DNA of 11,287 nucleotides from a virus: UHGV virus genome UHGV-0262291; one strand, 5' to 3'. Shown piece by piece: positions 1 to 6,476 of this stretch (position 1 is its first letter; each line of letters starts with the position of its first letter). The notes under the pieces were generated by a model. It saw only the letters and a program-made list of their open reading frames with translations, ran no database searches and was not told where the DNA came from. The position numbers and the translations under genes were made by a program.

Positions 1-133
1 GAGCTTACAGGTGGCCATTCGTGGGACAGTATCCCTGACAGCCTACAAAACGCAATTGAAGAACGCGAGGCATCGTCTTAACGAGGCACCGAGGCGTCGC
101 ATTCTTCAGATGGTTCAACCCTTAAGTTAGCGC

Positions 134-511
134 TTATGGGAAATACGCCCGCAGGCTTTCCTTGTTGCATCCGTTCCAGCGTCCGGACGGCTTCGCCCAG
201 ATAATATGGTTCAGCACACTGAAGCGTTCACGCATCATGATTTCGATATCAGATGCCAGGCGATGACCACAGAACAGGTAAAGACTTCCGGCAGGTTTCA
301 GCACCCGCCAGAACTGCGCCAGACACTGGTCCAGCCACTTCAGGTAATCATCGTCGCCCTTCCACTGGTTATCCCAGCCCTCAGGCTTCACTTTAAAGTA
401 CGGCGGGTCCGTGACTATCAGGTCAACAGAATTTTCGGGTAACGACCGGATAAATTCCAGGCAGTCGGCGTTGATTAACTCACAACTGGATATTTTTACA
501 GTATTAAGCAT
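134..511 (-). CDS. N6-adenine/N4-cytosine DNA methyltransferase fragment (DPPY motif IV present, AdoMet-binding motif I absent); probably truncated or a pseudogene
   Basis: 125-aa ORF containing DLIVTDPPY; the ORF ends after about 90 further residues without an FxGxG-type motif, and no continuation exists in any minus-strand frame of 1..133. Weak SD (AGG about 14 nt upstream). Confidence 0.55.
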   Translation of the reverse strand: MLNTVKISSCELINADCLEFIRSLPENSVDLIVTDPPYFKVKPEGWDNQWKGDDDYLKWLDQCLAQFWRVLKPAGSLYLFCGHRLASDIEIMMRERFSVLNHIIWAKPSGRWNGCNKESLRAYFP

Positions 512-647
512 GGATCATTAAGCCTGTCTCTGATAGGCTCATTCTGCTTTTGCGCAAAGCAGTGGGCCTGAGGTTTGCTTGTGAACCCAACGCATGAGCA
601 GATGGCTGGTGGGTGCCCCTAACACCCACCAGCCGCCCATTTACCAC

Positions 648-675
648 AAATAAAAAAGCCTTCACTGCGGAAGGC
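648..675 (-). terminator. Rho-independent terminator on the minus strand
   Basis: Hairpin GCCTTC-(6 nt loop)-GAAGGC at 658..675, followed on the minus strand by TTTTTTATTT (plus-strand A-run 651..657). Overlaps the stop codon of the 662..859 gene. Confidence 0.6.
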
Positions 676-859
676 GTCTGTAACAACCGAACTGATAGTC
701 TGCCAGACCCGCCATAACCAGCTGGGTCAGTATTAACTGGCAGCGTTCGCGTGAAAGGTAAGTATTCTGTGCAATCTCCCCGACTGTCGCCGGTTCGGTA
801 ACGCTTAATTCATTAAACACTACTCTGGCGGTTTCTGTCATATCCTGCTGTTTTAGCAT
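662..859 (-). CDS. Hypothetical small protein, possible helix-turn-helix; start uncertain
   Basis: ORF track gives 662..946 with a GTG start and no SD; the internal ATG at 859 (MLKQQDMTETARVVF...) has an AAGGG-type SD about 9 nt upstream. The segment TVGEIAQNTYLSRERCQLILTQL resembles a DNA-binding helix pair. Confidence 0.35.
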   Translation of the reverse strand: MLKQQDMTETARVVFNELSVTEPATVGEIAQNTYLSRERCQLILTQLVMAGLADYQFGCYRRLPQ

Positions 860-981
860 GTCTTTTTCCCTTTTCCGGTTAACGTGACACACCAATAACT
901 CTTGTCGAAAAAGCCAGCAAGCTGAAAGACAGGTATTCACCGCCACCAGCGCGTTTACTGTACTGACGCGATTTCAGTCAT

Positions 982-1009
982 AAAAAACCCGCCAGGCGGC
1001 GGGGTGTAA
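982..1009 (-). terminator. Rho-independent terminator on the minus strand (tR'-like, downstream of the Q-like gene)
   Basis: Hairpin CCCGCC-(4 nt loop)-GGCGGG at 988..1009, followed on the minus strand by TTTTTTAT (plus-strand A-run 982..987). Confidence 0.6.
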
Positions 1010-1052
1010 AAAATCTTCTAACGTCAGGCATAAAACGCCCATCGTTAGAGCA

Positions 1053-1080
1053 AATTTACCACAGATTCGGGAAAAATCAA
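1053..1080 (-). promoter_or_regulatory. Candidate late promoter (PR'-like) just downstream of the Q-like gene
   Basis: On the minus strand: -35 TTGATT (plus 1075..1080), 16-nt spacer, extended -10 TGgTAAATT (plus 1053..1061). It starts 6 nt after the Q-like stop codon and about 45-60 nt upstream of the 982..1009 terminator. Confidence 0.4.
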
Positions 1081-1085
1081 CAACA

Positions 1086-1907
1086 CTATCGCGTTACCCT
1101 CTTTAACTGCCGCTCCGCCCATGCCTCTTCAATGTCAAACCGAACCACCAACGTATCGTAAAAGCGTTTCACTGATTTTTTCCACGTATCAAGCGTGATA
1201 GCACTCGTCACTTTGCATATGGCATTAAATGCCTCCGTTGATGGTAGTCTTTCACAGCCACGACCACCACAACGCTGGCAGTCTCTGATAACAGGCATAC
1301 CACGTTTTACCGACTCTTCACGATGAATGGCGACACCACGCCCACGGCAATCCTTACAGGCGGTGGAAACCTCACCCTTTCCGCCACACTCCGGACAGGC
1401 AACTTTTACCACCTCCCTGACTTTTTTCCATTCTTCCCAGTAAGACGGATACACACCTTTCGTACACTTTGCCCATACCGGCGGCTTACCATCCGGATAC
1501 TGGACCTTGTTTGTAAAAACTACGCTTTCAATAAATTTTTCCCCATAGCAACAAGGGCACTGCTTTTTACTCGCTGCGCTGCGGGCATAATCCTCAAAAG
1601 CGTACGAAGCCATAATGCGCATCACTACCGGTTTTATTTCTGCCGGGAGTTTTCTTAACGCCGCCACGCGATCACACCGACTGAGTGCATATTCTGTCAG
1701 CAATTCTGTTGCCCGCTCTCTGTCATTCATACTAATGCCCATTTTCCCAAGGAACGCAGAAAACCCCATCTCAGCCCGATTCTGTGTCATGCCCTGCGCG
1801 GCCATCACATCAGTGATACTCAGCGCATCTTTCGACGTTGAGGCCGATGCATCAGTCAGGCCGGGGGATTTTGGGGAGTAGTATTTCGGTAAATCTTCCA
1901 GTTTCAT
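1086..1907 (-). CDS. Putative antitermination protein Q-like (zinc-binding CxxC motifs)
   Basis: 273-aa ORF with several CxxC/CxxCxGxG motifs (PCCYGEKF, ACPECGGKGE, CKDCRGRG, CQRCGGRG). It sits directly after rusA with an ATGA start/stop overlap and is followed by a promoter and intrinsic terminator, the Q-PR'-tR' arrangement. The family assignment was not checked by search. Confidence 0.5.
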   Translation of the reverse strand: MKLEDLPKYYSPKSPGLTDASASTSKDALSITDVMAAQGMTQNRAEMGFSAFLGKMGISMNDRERATELLTEYALSRCDRVAALRKLPAEIKPVVMRIMASYAFEDYARSAASKKQCPCCYGEKFIESVVFTNKVQYPDGKPPVWAKCTKGVYPSYWEEWKKVREVVKVACPECGGKGEVSTACKDCRGRGVAIHREESVKRGMPVIRDCQRCGGRGCERLPSTEAFNAICKVTSAITLDTWKKSVKRFYDTLVVRFDIEEAWAERQLKRVTR

Positions 1908-2284
1908 TTTTTGACCTGCCCTTCAAGCATTATGGGGTAAATCTTCACCCCCAGACGTCCACCAGATACTGGCTGAGCACGAACGATATTGATTTCATCA
2001 AACTGCTCATCGTCCATTAGCAACCCCGCATGCGTCAGCGCATCCAGCGGCGCTTTCAGAATATTGTCCAGGTCACGGCGGCGCTTATCCGGTGGTTCTG
2101 CAATAATTTTTATTGCCAACCTTCCGGACAGGCTTAATTTCAGCCGCTGCTGGCGAACAATAAGCGCCACTGCCCGGCGATAACGCTCCCCGGCTTTTGA
2201 TACAAAATATGTGCTGCCACGACGACGCCAGTAAGTGTTCACCGTTGGCGGGTAAGGCAAAACAAATTCTATGCGTTCAGTCAT
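1904..2284 (-). CDS. rusA: Crossover junction endodeoxyribonuclease RusA (Holliday junction resolvase)
   Basis: 126-aa ORF; PDKRRRDLDN, DALTHAGLLMDDEQ and GGRLGVKI match conserved RusA segments recalled from E. coli RusA (PDRRRRDLDN ... DALTKAGFWLDDAQ). Size and position in the nin-like region fit. Confidence 0.85.
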   Translation of the reverse strand: MTERIEFVLPYPPTVNTYWRRRGSTYFVSKAGERYRRAVALIVRQQRLKLSLSGRLAIKIIAEPPDKRRRDLDNILKAPLDALTHAGLLMDDEQFDEINIVRAQPVSGGRLGVKIYPIMLEGQVKK

Positions 2285-3340
2285 TTATGCTTTCCACTTC
2301 AAAACACCCGAATTTCTCGCGTGCATTAAAAAACGAATCAGCAACAACAGTTGGCTGCCGTGTTTTTCTTCAAAATCTTTTACCCCGGCGTGTAGTTCGC
2401 TATGGCATTTACGGCACAGCGGAATAACAAACAAATCATCAGCCTTTGTTCCCATCCCTCCCAGTCCATGACCAATGATGTGATGCGGATCATCTGCCTG
2501 ATTGCCACACGTCATGCATTTCTGCGTTTTTACCCAACGCGTGTATACAGGCATCTCTTCCCGTTGTGATTTCTGGCGCTGGAGATACTGAGCCGGTGAC
2601 TCCGGATCAACGGCAATGCTGACCACCGTCTTTTCCTGTGGCGGGTTTTGCTGGTGGGCGTGAGGCAGCGGCGCAAGATTTTTTGTGCGCTGCTTCAGTA
2701 TGCTGGTGGCGGTCTGCTCTCCCGGTACGATGTCGCTTTCACGGTACATTGAGCGGATTTTTTCCGCACGCAACCCCAGCGAACGACGTAATACCGCTTC
2801 CGGTAGCGCGTCCGCCACCTGATTGCGGACCGCCCACCAGGATAATTCAGCCAGCGATAATTCCCGTTCCTGCGAGCCATTCATTGCATGGCGTATGACG
2901 TCAATCATCCATGCAAACAGGTTTTGGTGAGCAAGTTGCCCGAGTGATTCGGAGGTCTGGTCGCGCAGCTGGTTGTCGCAGTGCCAGCACAACACCATTG
3001 CGCCGGTACCATAACGGTGAATGACGGTTTCACTGTGGTGATAATCGCCGTGTGGCCACTGGCAGGATTTAACATGGCGCAGTAACCAGTCAGACAATGC
3101 GCCAGCGCCACCAGCAGCACGAATCACTCGTTCGTCGCTGAAAAATGGCAGTAATGATTTATCCTCCGCCAGCGGCTGGCGAACGGCAGGAACGACCCCG
3201 GACGGCAGATTACGCATGCTTTTCGGTTCCGGCTCCACCAGTACCCGGGTATTGTGGAATACCGGCATGGATTCACGGCCCGGCTTAACGATCACCAGCC
3301 CGAGTTCCGGTACCAGAACAGGTCGAAGTAATACCCGCAC
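2285..3340 (-). CDS. DUF968-type prophage protein with C-terminal HNH-like zinc-finger motif (YdfU-like)
   Basis: 351-aa ORF with GTG start preceded by GGAGG 4 nt upstream. C-terminal CMTCGNQADDPHHIIGHGLGG...CRKCHSELH has the Cys-x2-Cys...HH...Cys-x2-Cys-His pattern of HNH nucleases. Position between a rem-like gene and rusA/Q parallels ydfU in Qin-type prophages. Confidence 0.6.
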   Translation of the reverse strand: MRVLLRPVLVPELGLVIVKPGRESMPVFHNTRVLVEPEPKSMRNLPSGVVPAVRQPLAEDKSLLPFFSDERVIRAAGGAGALSDWLLRHVKSCQWPHGDYHHSETVIHRYGTGAMVLCWHCDNQLRDQTSESLGQLAHQNLFAWMIDVIRHAMNGSQERELSLAELSWWAVRNQVADALPEAVLRRSLGLRAEKIRSMYRESDIVPGEQTATSILKQRTKNLAPLPHAHQQNPPQEKTVVSIAVDPESPAQYLQRQKSQREEMPVYTRWVKTQKCMTCGNQADDPHHIIGHGLGGMGTKADDLFVIPLCRKCHSELHAGVKDFEEKHGSQLLLLIRFLMHARNSGVLKWKA

Positions 3341-3341
3341 G

Positions 3342-3614
3342 TTACCTCCAGATGCGTTGCTGGAATGTGCGGGACGGACGCGGTGGGCGTTCAGAGTAAG
3401 GAAGCCTGACGGAGATTATCCAGTGACGATAATCGAGGCTGAGGGCTTTCTTAATCTCGTATCCGCGTCTGCGGTAGTTATGAATTAGCCATTCGGCCTG
3501 TTCTTCAGTACATGGTGGGTGTTGGTACCAGTCGGTTTTAAATGCGTGTGAACGCCGCCCATGCCGGATGGCAAGGTCGGTATCAGAATTGTGAAATTTG
3601 GTTTTGTGCGCCAT
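3342..3614 (-). CDS. Hypothetical prophage protein (rem-like position)
   Basis: 90-aa ORF between the hok terminator and the DUF968 gene; weak SD; no recognisable motif. Confidence 0.45.
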   Translation of the reverse strand: MAHKTKFHNSDTDLAIRHGRRSHAFKTDWYQHPPCTEEQAEWLIHNYRRRGYEIKKALSLDYRHWIISVRLPYSERPPRPSRTFQQRIWR

Positions 3615-3680
3615 CTGTTTTCTCTGCTGGCGCAGCAGGTGTCAGGTGTTCAGGCTGACGTGCGAATTGTAAACCAGAAT

Positions 3681-3713
3681 GCCAGAAAAAAACAAAACCC
3701 GCCGAACCGGGTT
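3681..3713 (-). terminator. Rho-independent terminator ending the hok transcript
   Basis: Hairpin AACCCG-(6 nt loop)-CGGGTT (plus 3696..3713), followed on the minus strand by TTGTTTTTTTCTGG (plus 3681..3695). Confidence 0.6.
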
Positions 3714-3781
3714 AAGTGCGGGTGCGTTGAGGATGCCTGACACATCAGAGGTGGCGAGGGATTTCTCCCCCGCCAGGTCTC

Positions 3782-3937
3782 TTACTCCTCAGGTTCGTAA
3801 GCTGTGAAGACAGCGACCTCCGTCTGGCCGGTTCGGAGTCGTACCTCGCAGAGGTCTTTCCTCGTTACCAGTGCCGTCATTATGACGGTTAAACAGATGA
3901 CGATCAGGGTGATTAACATCGCCTTTTGCTGCTTCAT
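3782..3937 (-). CDS. hok: Hok/Gef-family type I toxin (small membrane-depolarising peptide)
   Basis: MKQQKAMLITLIVICLTVIMTALVTRKDLCEVRLRTGQTEVAVFTAYEPEE is a near match to the Hok/HokD (RelF) family as recalled; AAGGAG SD 9 nt upstream of this ATG. The ORF track extends it 19 in-frame codons upstream to an ATG at 3994, which sits at the mok-equivalent position. Confidence 0.85.
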   Translation of the reverse strand: MKQQKAMLITLIVICLTVIMTALVTRKDLCEVRLRTGQTEVAVFTAYEPEE

Positions 3938-4112
3938 AGCCTGCTTCTCCTTGCCTTTCGGCACGTAAGAGGCTAACCTACATTTGTGAGACATAGATTG
4001 GGCCTCAGATTAATGTTAAGCGTCTTGCAGGACGCGTAATGTTAACTGGGGCTTTTCTCTATCTGCCTTTTGGTGTTCATGCCTGAGGCAGATAGCCTCA
4101 AGCACCCGCAGC
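3938..4112 (-). promoter_or_regulatory. hok mRNA 5' leader, including a 5' element (4096..4111) complementary to the transcript 3' end (3717..3733)
   Basis: Plus 4096..4111 CCTCAAGCACCCGCAG is the reverse complement of plus 3717..3733 GTGCGGGTGCGTTGAGG with one bulge, so the two transcript ends can pair, the tac/fbi-style long-range pairing known for hok mRNAs. An additional 9-bp stem with GAAA loop lies at 3753..3774. Confidence 0.5.
3985..4050 (+). ncRNA. Candidate Sok-like antisense RNA (position inferred, boundaries uncertain)
   Basis: Inferred from hok-locus architecture: antisense to the leader around the upstream in-frame ATG. Plus-strand -35 TTGCCT (3951..3956), 17-nt spacer, -10 TAACCT (3974..3979); hairpin GCGTC-(6 nt loop)-GACGC at 4020..4035. 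No clean U-tract terminator was found. Confidence 0.25.
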
Positions 4113-4113
4113 A

Positions 4114-4142
4114 ATTCTACTTAACTCTCGCTTTACCGCAAA
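4114..4142 (-). promoter_or_regulatory. Candidate hok promoter
   Basis: On the minus strand: -10 TAGAAT (plus 4114..4119) with a weak -35 (TTTGCG) 17 nt upstream. The predicted transcript start coincides with the 5' complementary element, giving an mRNA of about 420 nt. Confidence 0.4.
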
Positions 4143-4153
4143 CCGTTTTTACC

Positions 4154-4175
4154 CGATATGGGAATTCCCATATCG
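4154..4175. promoter_or_regulatory. 22-bp perfect palindrome, candidate protein-binding site
   Basis: CGATATGGGAATTCCCATATCG is identical to its reverse complement. It lies between the stop of the 4184..4288 ORF and the hok promoter -35. No flanking U-tract, so it is not a terminator. Confidence 0.4.
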
Positions 4176-4183
4176 TAATGAAT

Positions 4184-4288
4184 TCAGTTCCCTAGTCGAT
4201 CCATCAAAAACACAACCTGGCAGTAAACGCCCACAACAGCAACAACAGCCAGCGCACCTTCCATTGCCAGTGATATATCATCCGACAT
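4184..4288 (-). CDS. Small hydrophobic peptide, 34 aa (not in the ORF track)
   Basis: ATG at 4288 preceded by AAGGAGGG 3-4 nt upstream; translation MSDDISLAMEGALAVVAVVGVYCQVVFLMDRLGN has a hydrophobic core of about 20 residues; TGA stop at 4184..4186. Confidence 0.4.
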   Translation of the reverse strand: MSDDISLAMEGALAVVAVVGVYCQVVFLMDRLGN

Positions 4289-4323
4289 ATTCCCTCCTTT
4301 GGTGTTAATCCCGGCGAACGTTT

Positions 4324-4407
4324 TTACCCCCACCGACAAATAACATATACTAAAAAAGCGATAGCCATAGCAACGCCTGTAATTGCAAATGCTTCAGGCC
4401 AGTTCAT
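4324..4407 (-). CDS. Small hydrophobic peptide, 27 aa, translationally coupled to the upstream gene (not in the ORF track)
   Basis: ATG at 4407 overlaps the TGA stop of the 4404..5273 gene (ATGA); AGGAGG 8 nt upstream; translation MNWPEAFAITGVAMAIAFLVYVICRWG; TAA stop at 4324..4326. Confidence 0.4.
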   Translation of the reverse strand: MNWPEAFAITGVAMAIAFLVYVICRWG

Positions 4408-5273
4408 TGGCGCACCTCCTGCGGCGGTTCTGGTAGAGGCATCCAGTGTGATGGTATCCACGACGCACCAGGTATTATCCACCCATCATTAGCGTCAGGA
4501 TGCCCCGGGATGTAAGTCGCCCATTTCATTCGCCAGTCACCTTTCCTGCCAAAATCCCTGGCAACAAGAACGGCTGTTTTGGTATCCGGCATTCGCTCAC
4601 TACAGCTTATCCAACTATCCGGAGTTACCGGATAGTTGCCCGATAGTGCATTCTGCTCCAGTGATGCTTTTACAAACCACGCTGCCTGAACTATAACGCC
4701 ATGAATCCAGCGCAAATCAGCATCGCGATCTTTCTTTTTCATCTTTTCGCCACTTAAGGCCTTGCTTATGTGGCTGCGTACCAGGTCTTCATGTAATTCC
4801 TTCGCCTCCTCAATGGTGAAACCACCAGGCAGAAGAGCCGGAGTTACCGGAGAGCTGGTTGACGCTTCCGGGATTTTCCGAAAATTATTGGTTGACGAAT
4901 CTTTATTTTCCCGAAAGTTTCCGGACTGAAGCATGGCTTCGCGGCAATCGTTCCAGCCTGTAGCGTATGCAGCCGCTTTGCTGCTGCCTTCAACTGGCGC
5001 ATCCTGCCAATACATTTCTTCCGGCACTATCGGCGCTGGAGGGGCGGCAAATAGATATCCGCCAAAGTCAGGAAGCTCTCTAATGGCCTGTACGAATTTT
5101 TGTTTGCCTACGTCAACCCCTAATGGGTAATGAGCTATAATCTTTGCCACCGGCTCTGCTTCCAGCGATGCCAGCGCAATCCGTGCCAGTTCCATTTGTT
5201 CACCACGGGTAAGCCCGTTTTCAAGCGGATTTTTAATGAACAATTCAATACGTTCTTTGGTAATAGTGGTCAT
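4404..5273 (-). CDS. Prophage protein with C-terminal DUF551-like domain
   Basis: 289-aa ORF; AAGGAG SD 7 nt upstream of the ATG. The C-terminal WISCSERMPD...WIIPGASWIPSHWMPLPEPP region resembles DUF551 of enterobacterial prophage proteins (from memory, not searched). Confidence 0.6.
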   Translation of the reverse strand: MTTITKERIELFIKNPLENGLTRGEQMELARIALASLEAEPVAKIIAHYPLGVDVGKQKFVQAIRELPDFGGYLFAAPPAPIVPEEMYWQDAPVEGSSKAAAYATGWNDCREAMLQSGNFRENKDSSTNNFRKIPEASTSSPVTPALLPGGFTIEEAKELHEDLVRSHISKALSGEKMKKKDRDADLRWIHGVIVQAAWFVKASLEQNALSGNYPVTPDSWISCSERMPDTKTAVLVARDFGRKGDWRMKWATYIPGHPDANDGWIIPGASWIPSHWMPLPEPPQEVRQ

Positions 5274-5283
5274 GTGTTACTCC

Positions 5284-5547
5284 TTAACCCGCAGTGCTTT
5301 CAACTGATGAGGGGAACAAAATCTTTTCATCAAACCCTGCATTCATATCATGAACAGCAACACACCAATCCATCGACGAACGATTATCAAGAGCCTCCAT
5401 GATTTCATCCATGCGGCGTAGGTCATACAGGTAAATGCTTTTATCGCCAATGGTGTAAAAGCCAATTTTTTTCGGTGATGGACAGCGATCAAGAACTTCC
5501 TGTAATTCGTTCAACCATGCCCGTTCTTTTTTTGTCAAAGTTGCCAT
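5284..5547 (-). CDS. Hypothetical protein, 87 aa
   Basis: The ORF track extends to 5637, but the ATG at 5547 (MATLTKKERAWLNELQ...) has an AAGGAAAA SD and lies 1 nt after the stop of the upstream membrane-protein gene, so the upstream extension is unlikely to be translated. Confidence 0.5.
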   Translation of the reverse strand: MATLTKKERAWLNELQEVLDRCPSPKKIGFYTIGDKSIYLYDLRRMDEIMEALDNRSSMDWCVAVHDMNAGFDEKILFPSSVESTAG

Positions 5548-5548
5548 A

Positions 5549-5767
5549 TCAGTTTTCCTTATACGGATTAATTTTATTGTGCAGTGTGTTGAATGACGCC
5601 CATACCACGTCGTTATACAATTCAATAACTGGCTCAATTATTTTTCCTATTATCCAGACTAGGATTAACGGGGATATCGGTATCATCAACACGATAAACA
5701 GAATGAGAAACAGAAATTCTGTTGTTCTACTCTTTCGCGGATATTTTTTTCTAAATAATGTGACCAT
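5549..5767 (-). CDS. Small single-pass membrane protein, 72 aa
   Basis: Basic N-terminus (MVTLFRKKYPRKSRTTE) followed by a hydrophobic segment of about 25 residues (FLFLILFIVLMIPISPLILVWIIGKII); tightly coupled to the downstream 87-aa gene. Confidence 0.5.
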   Translation of the reverse strand: MVTLFRKKYPRKSRTTEFLFLILFIVLMIPISPLILVWIIGKIIEPVIELYNDVVWASFNTLHNKINPYKEN

Positions 5768-5799
5768 TCATCACCGCCCTTTCGGGCGGCCTCCTGACA

Positions 5800-6012
5800 T
5801 TAATCGTTGTGATAACTCATAGCTTCATTTGCAGCATCAACTGGATCAACCTCCCTCCAGCAATAATTTGGGTCGGCTCCTTCAAGCGTCCACGGTTCTA
5901 ATTCATTTTTTGCCGCATTCTCATCGCCAGTAATTTTAAAAATCTGCTCAGAGAATTTTCTTGCCCACTCGTTATATTTTTCCGCATTAATGGCTTTCTG
6001 TGTATTTAACAT
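5800..6012 (-). CDS. Hypothetical protein, 70 aa
   Basis: ATG at 6012 with GGAGG SD 8 nt upstream; acidic protein with no recognisable motif. Confidence 0.5.
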   Translation of the reverse strand: MLNTQKAINAEKYNEWARKFSEQIFKITGDENAAKNELEPWTLEGADPNYCWREVDPVDAANEAMSYHND

Positions 6013-6062
6013 AAATATACCTCCAGTTAAGGATTAGATTTTATTTACAGCGCTAAATTTAT

Positions 6063-6419
6063 TTATTCAGTTCTGGATTTTGTCACCCTGCGTATCCGCG
6101 CTTTCGCGTTACGCTCAATCTGAATTAACTTTTCTATATTTTTCCGCCTTTCCTGTTCCTCCTGGCGCAATAGCTTTACATCATCTGCCAGCCTGGTTTC
6201 TCTTTTCGCCACAGAGAGCATCCAGTCAAATGGCTCCACAACTGCACCGCAGATTTTACAGCGGACCTGACGCTCTTTTTCGTCAACCCGGACAGAGGCG
6301 TGATGACAATATGGTCTTTCCGATGGCTCATAAAGAAAATTAACCTGATTACGAGGGTCATCCTCTTTTACCGGAAATAAAACGATATTGCTTAACTCAT
6401 CCTCTGGTTTTATTTCCAT
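6063..6419 (-). CDS. Hypothetical protein with zinc-ribbon-like motif and basic coiled-coil C-terminus
   Basis: The ORF track extends to a GTG at 6476 with no SD; the ATG at 6419 (MEIKPEDEL...) has AAGGAGAGGAG immediately upstream. CHH...(x15)...CKIC motif, then a Lys/Arg/Glu-rich helical tail. Confidence 0.5.
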   Translation of the reverse strand: MEIKPEDELSNIVLFPVKEDDPRNQVNFLYEPSERPYCHHASVRVDEKERQVRCKICGAVVEPFDWMLSVAKRETRLADDVKLLRQEEQERRKNIEKLIQIERNAKARIRRVTKSRTE

Positions 6420-6476
6420 GCTCCTCTCCTTTGATGCGAATGCCAGCGGTAATTGAAGCCTGATAGCTAATTTCAC

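Noticed and set aside
206-442. Plus-strand 78-aa ORF
   Set aside because: Lies entirely antisense within the methyltransferase reading frame, has no SD and no recognisable motif.
504-686. Minus-strand 60-aa ORF spanning the intergenic region
   Set aside because: Crosses the terminator hairpin and the 10-bp stem-loop, has no SD and an Arg/Gly-rich odd composition; more likely untranslated.
1323-2020. Plus-strand ORFs (111, 88 and 60 aa) overlapping the Q-like gene and rusA
   Set aside because: Antisense to well-supported minus-strand genes, with no SD sequences.
2638-3120. ORFs inside the DUF968 gene on both strands (86, 61 and 71 aa)
   Set aside because: Alternative-frame or antisense ORFs within a long supported gene; Arg/Trp-rich composition typical of off-frame translation.
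3782-3994. 70-aa version of hok starting at the upstream ATG
   Set aside because: The Hok family peptide begins at MKQQK, which has its own AAGGAG SD. The upstream ATG is kept only as a mok-position candidate, not as the toxin start.
4933-5822. Plus-strand ORFs (65, 90 and 115 aa) and the minus-strand 117-aa extension of the 87-aa gene
   Set aside because: Antisense or out-of-frame overlaps of SD-supported minus-strand genes; the 117-aa extension would overlap the membrane-protein gene and lacks an SD.
6080-6361. ORFs overlapping the zinc-ribbon gene (87 aa plus strand, 61 aa minus strand)
   Set aside because: Shadow ORFs without SD inside a supported gene.
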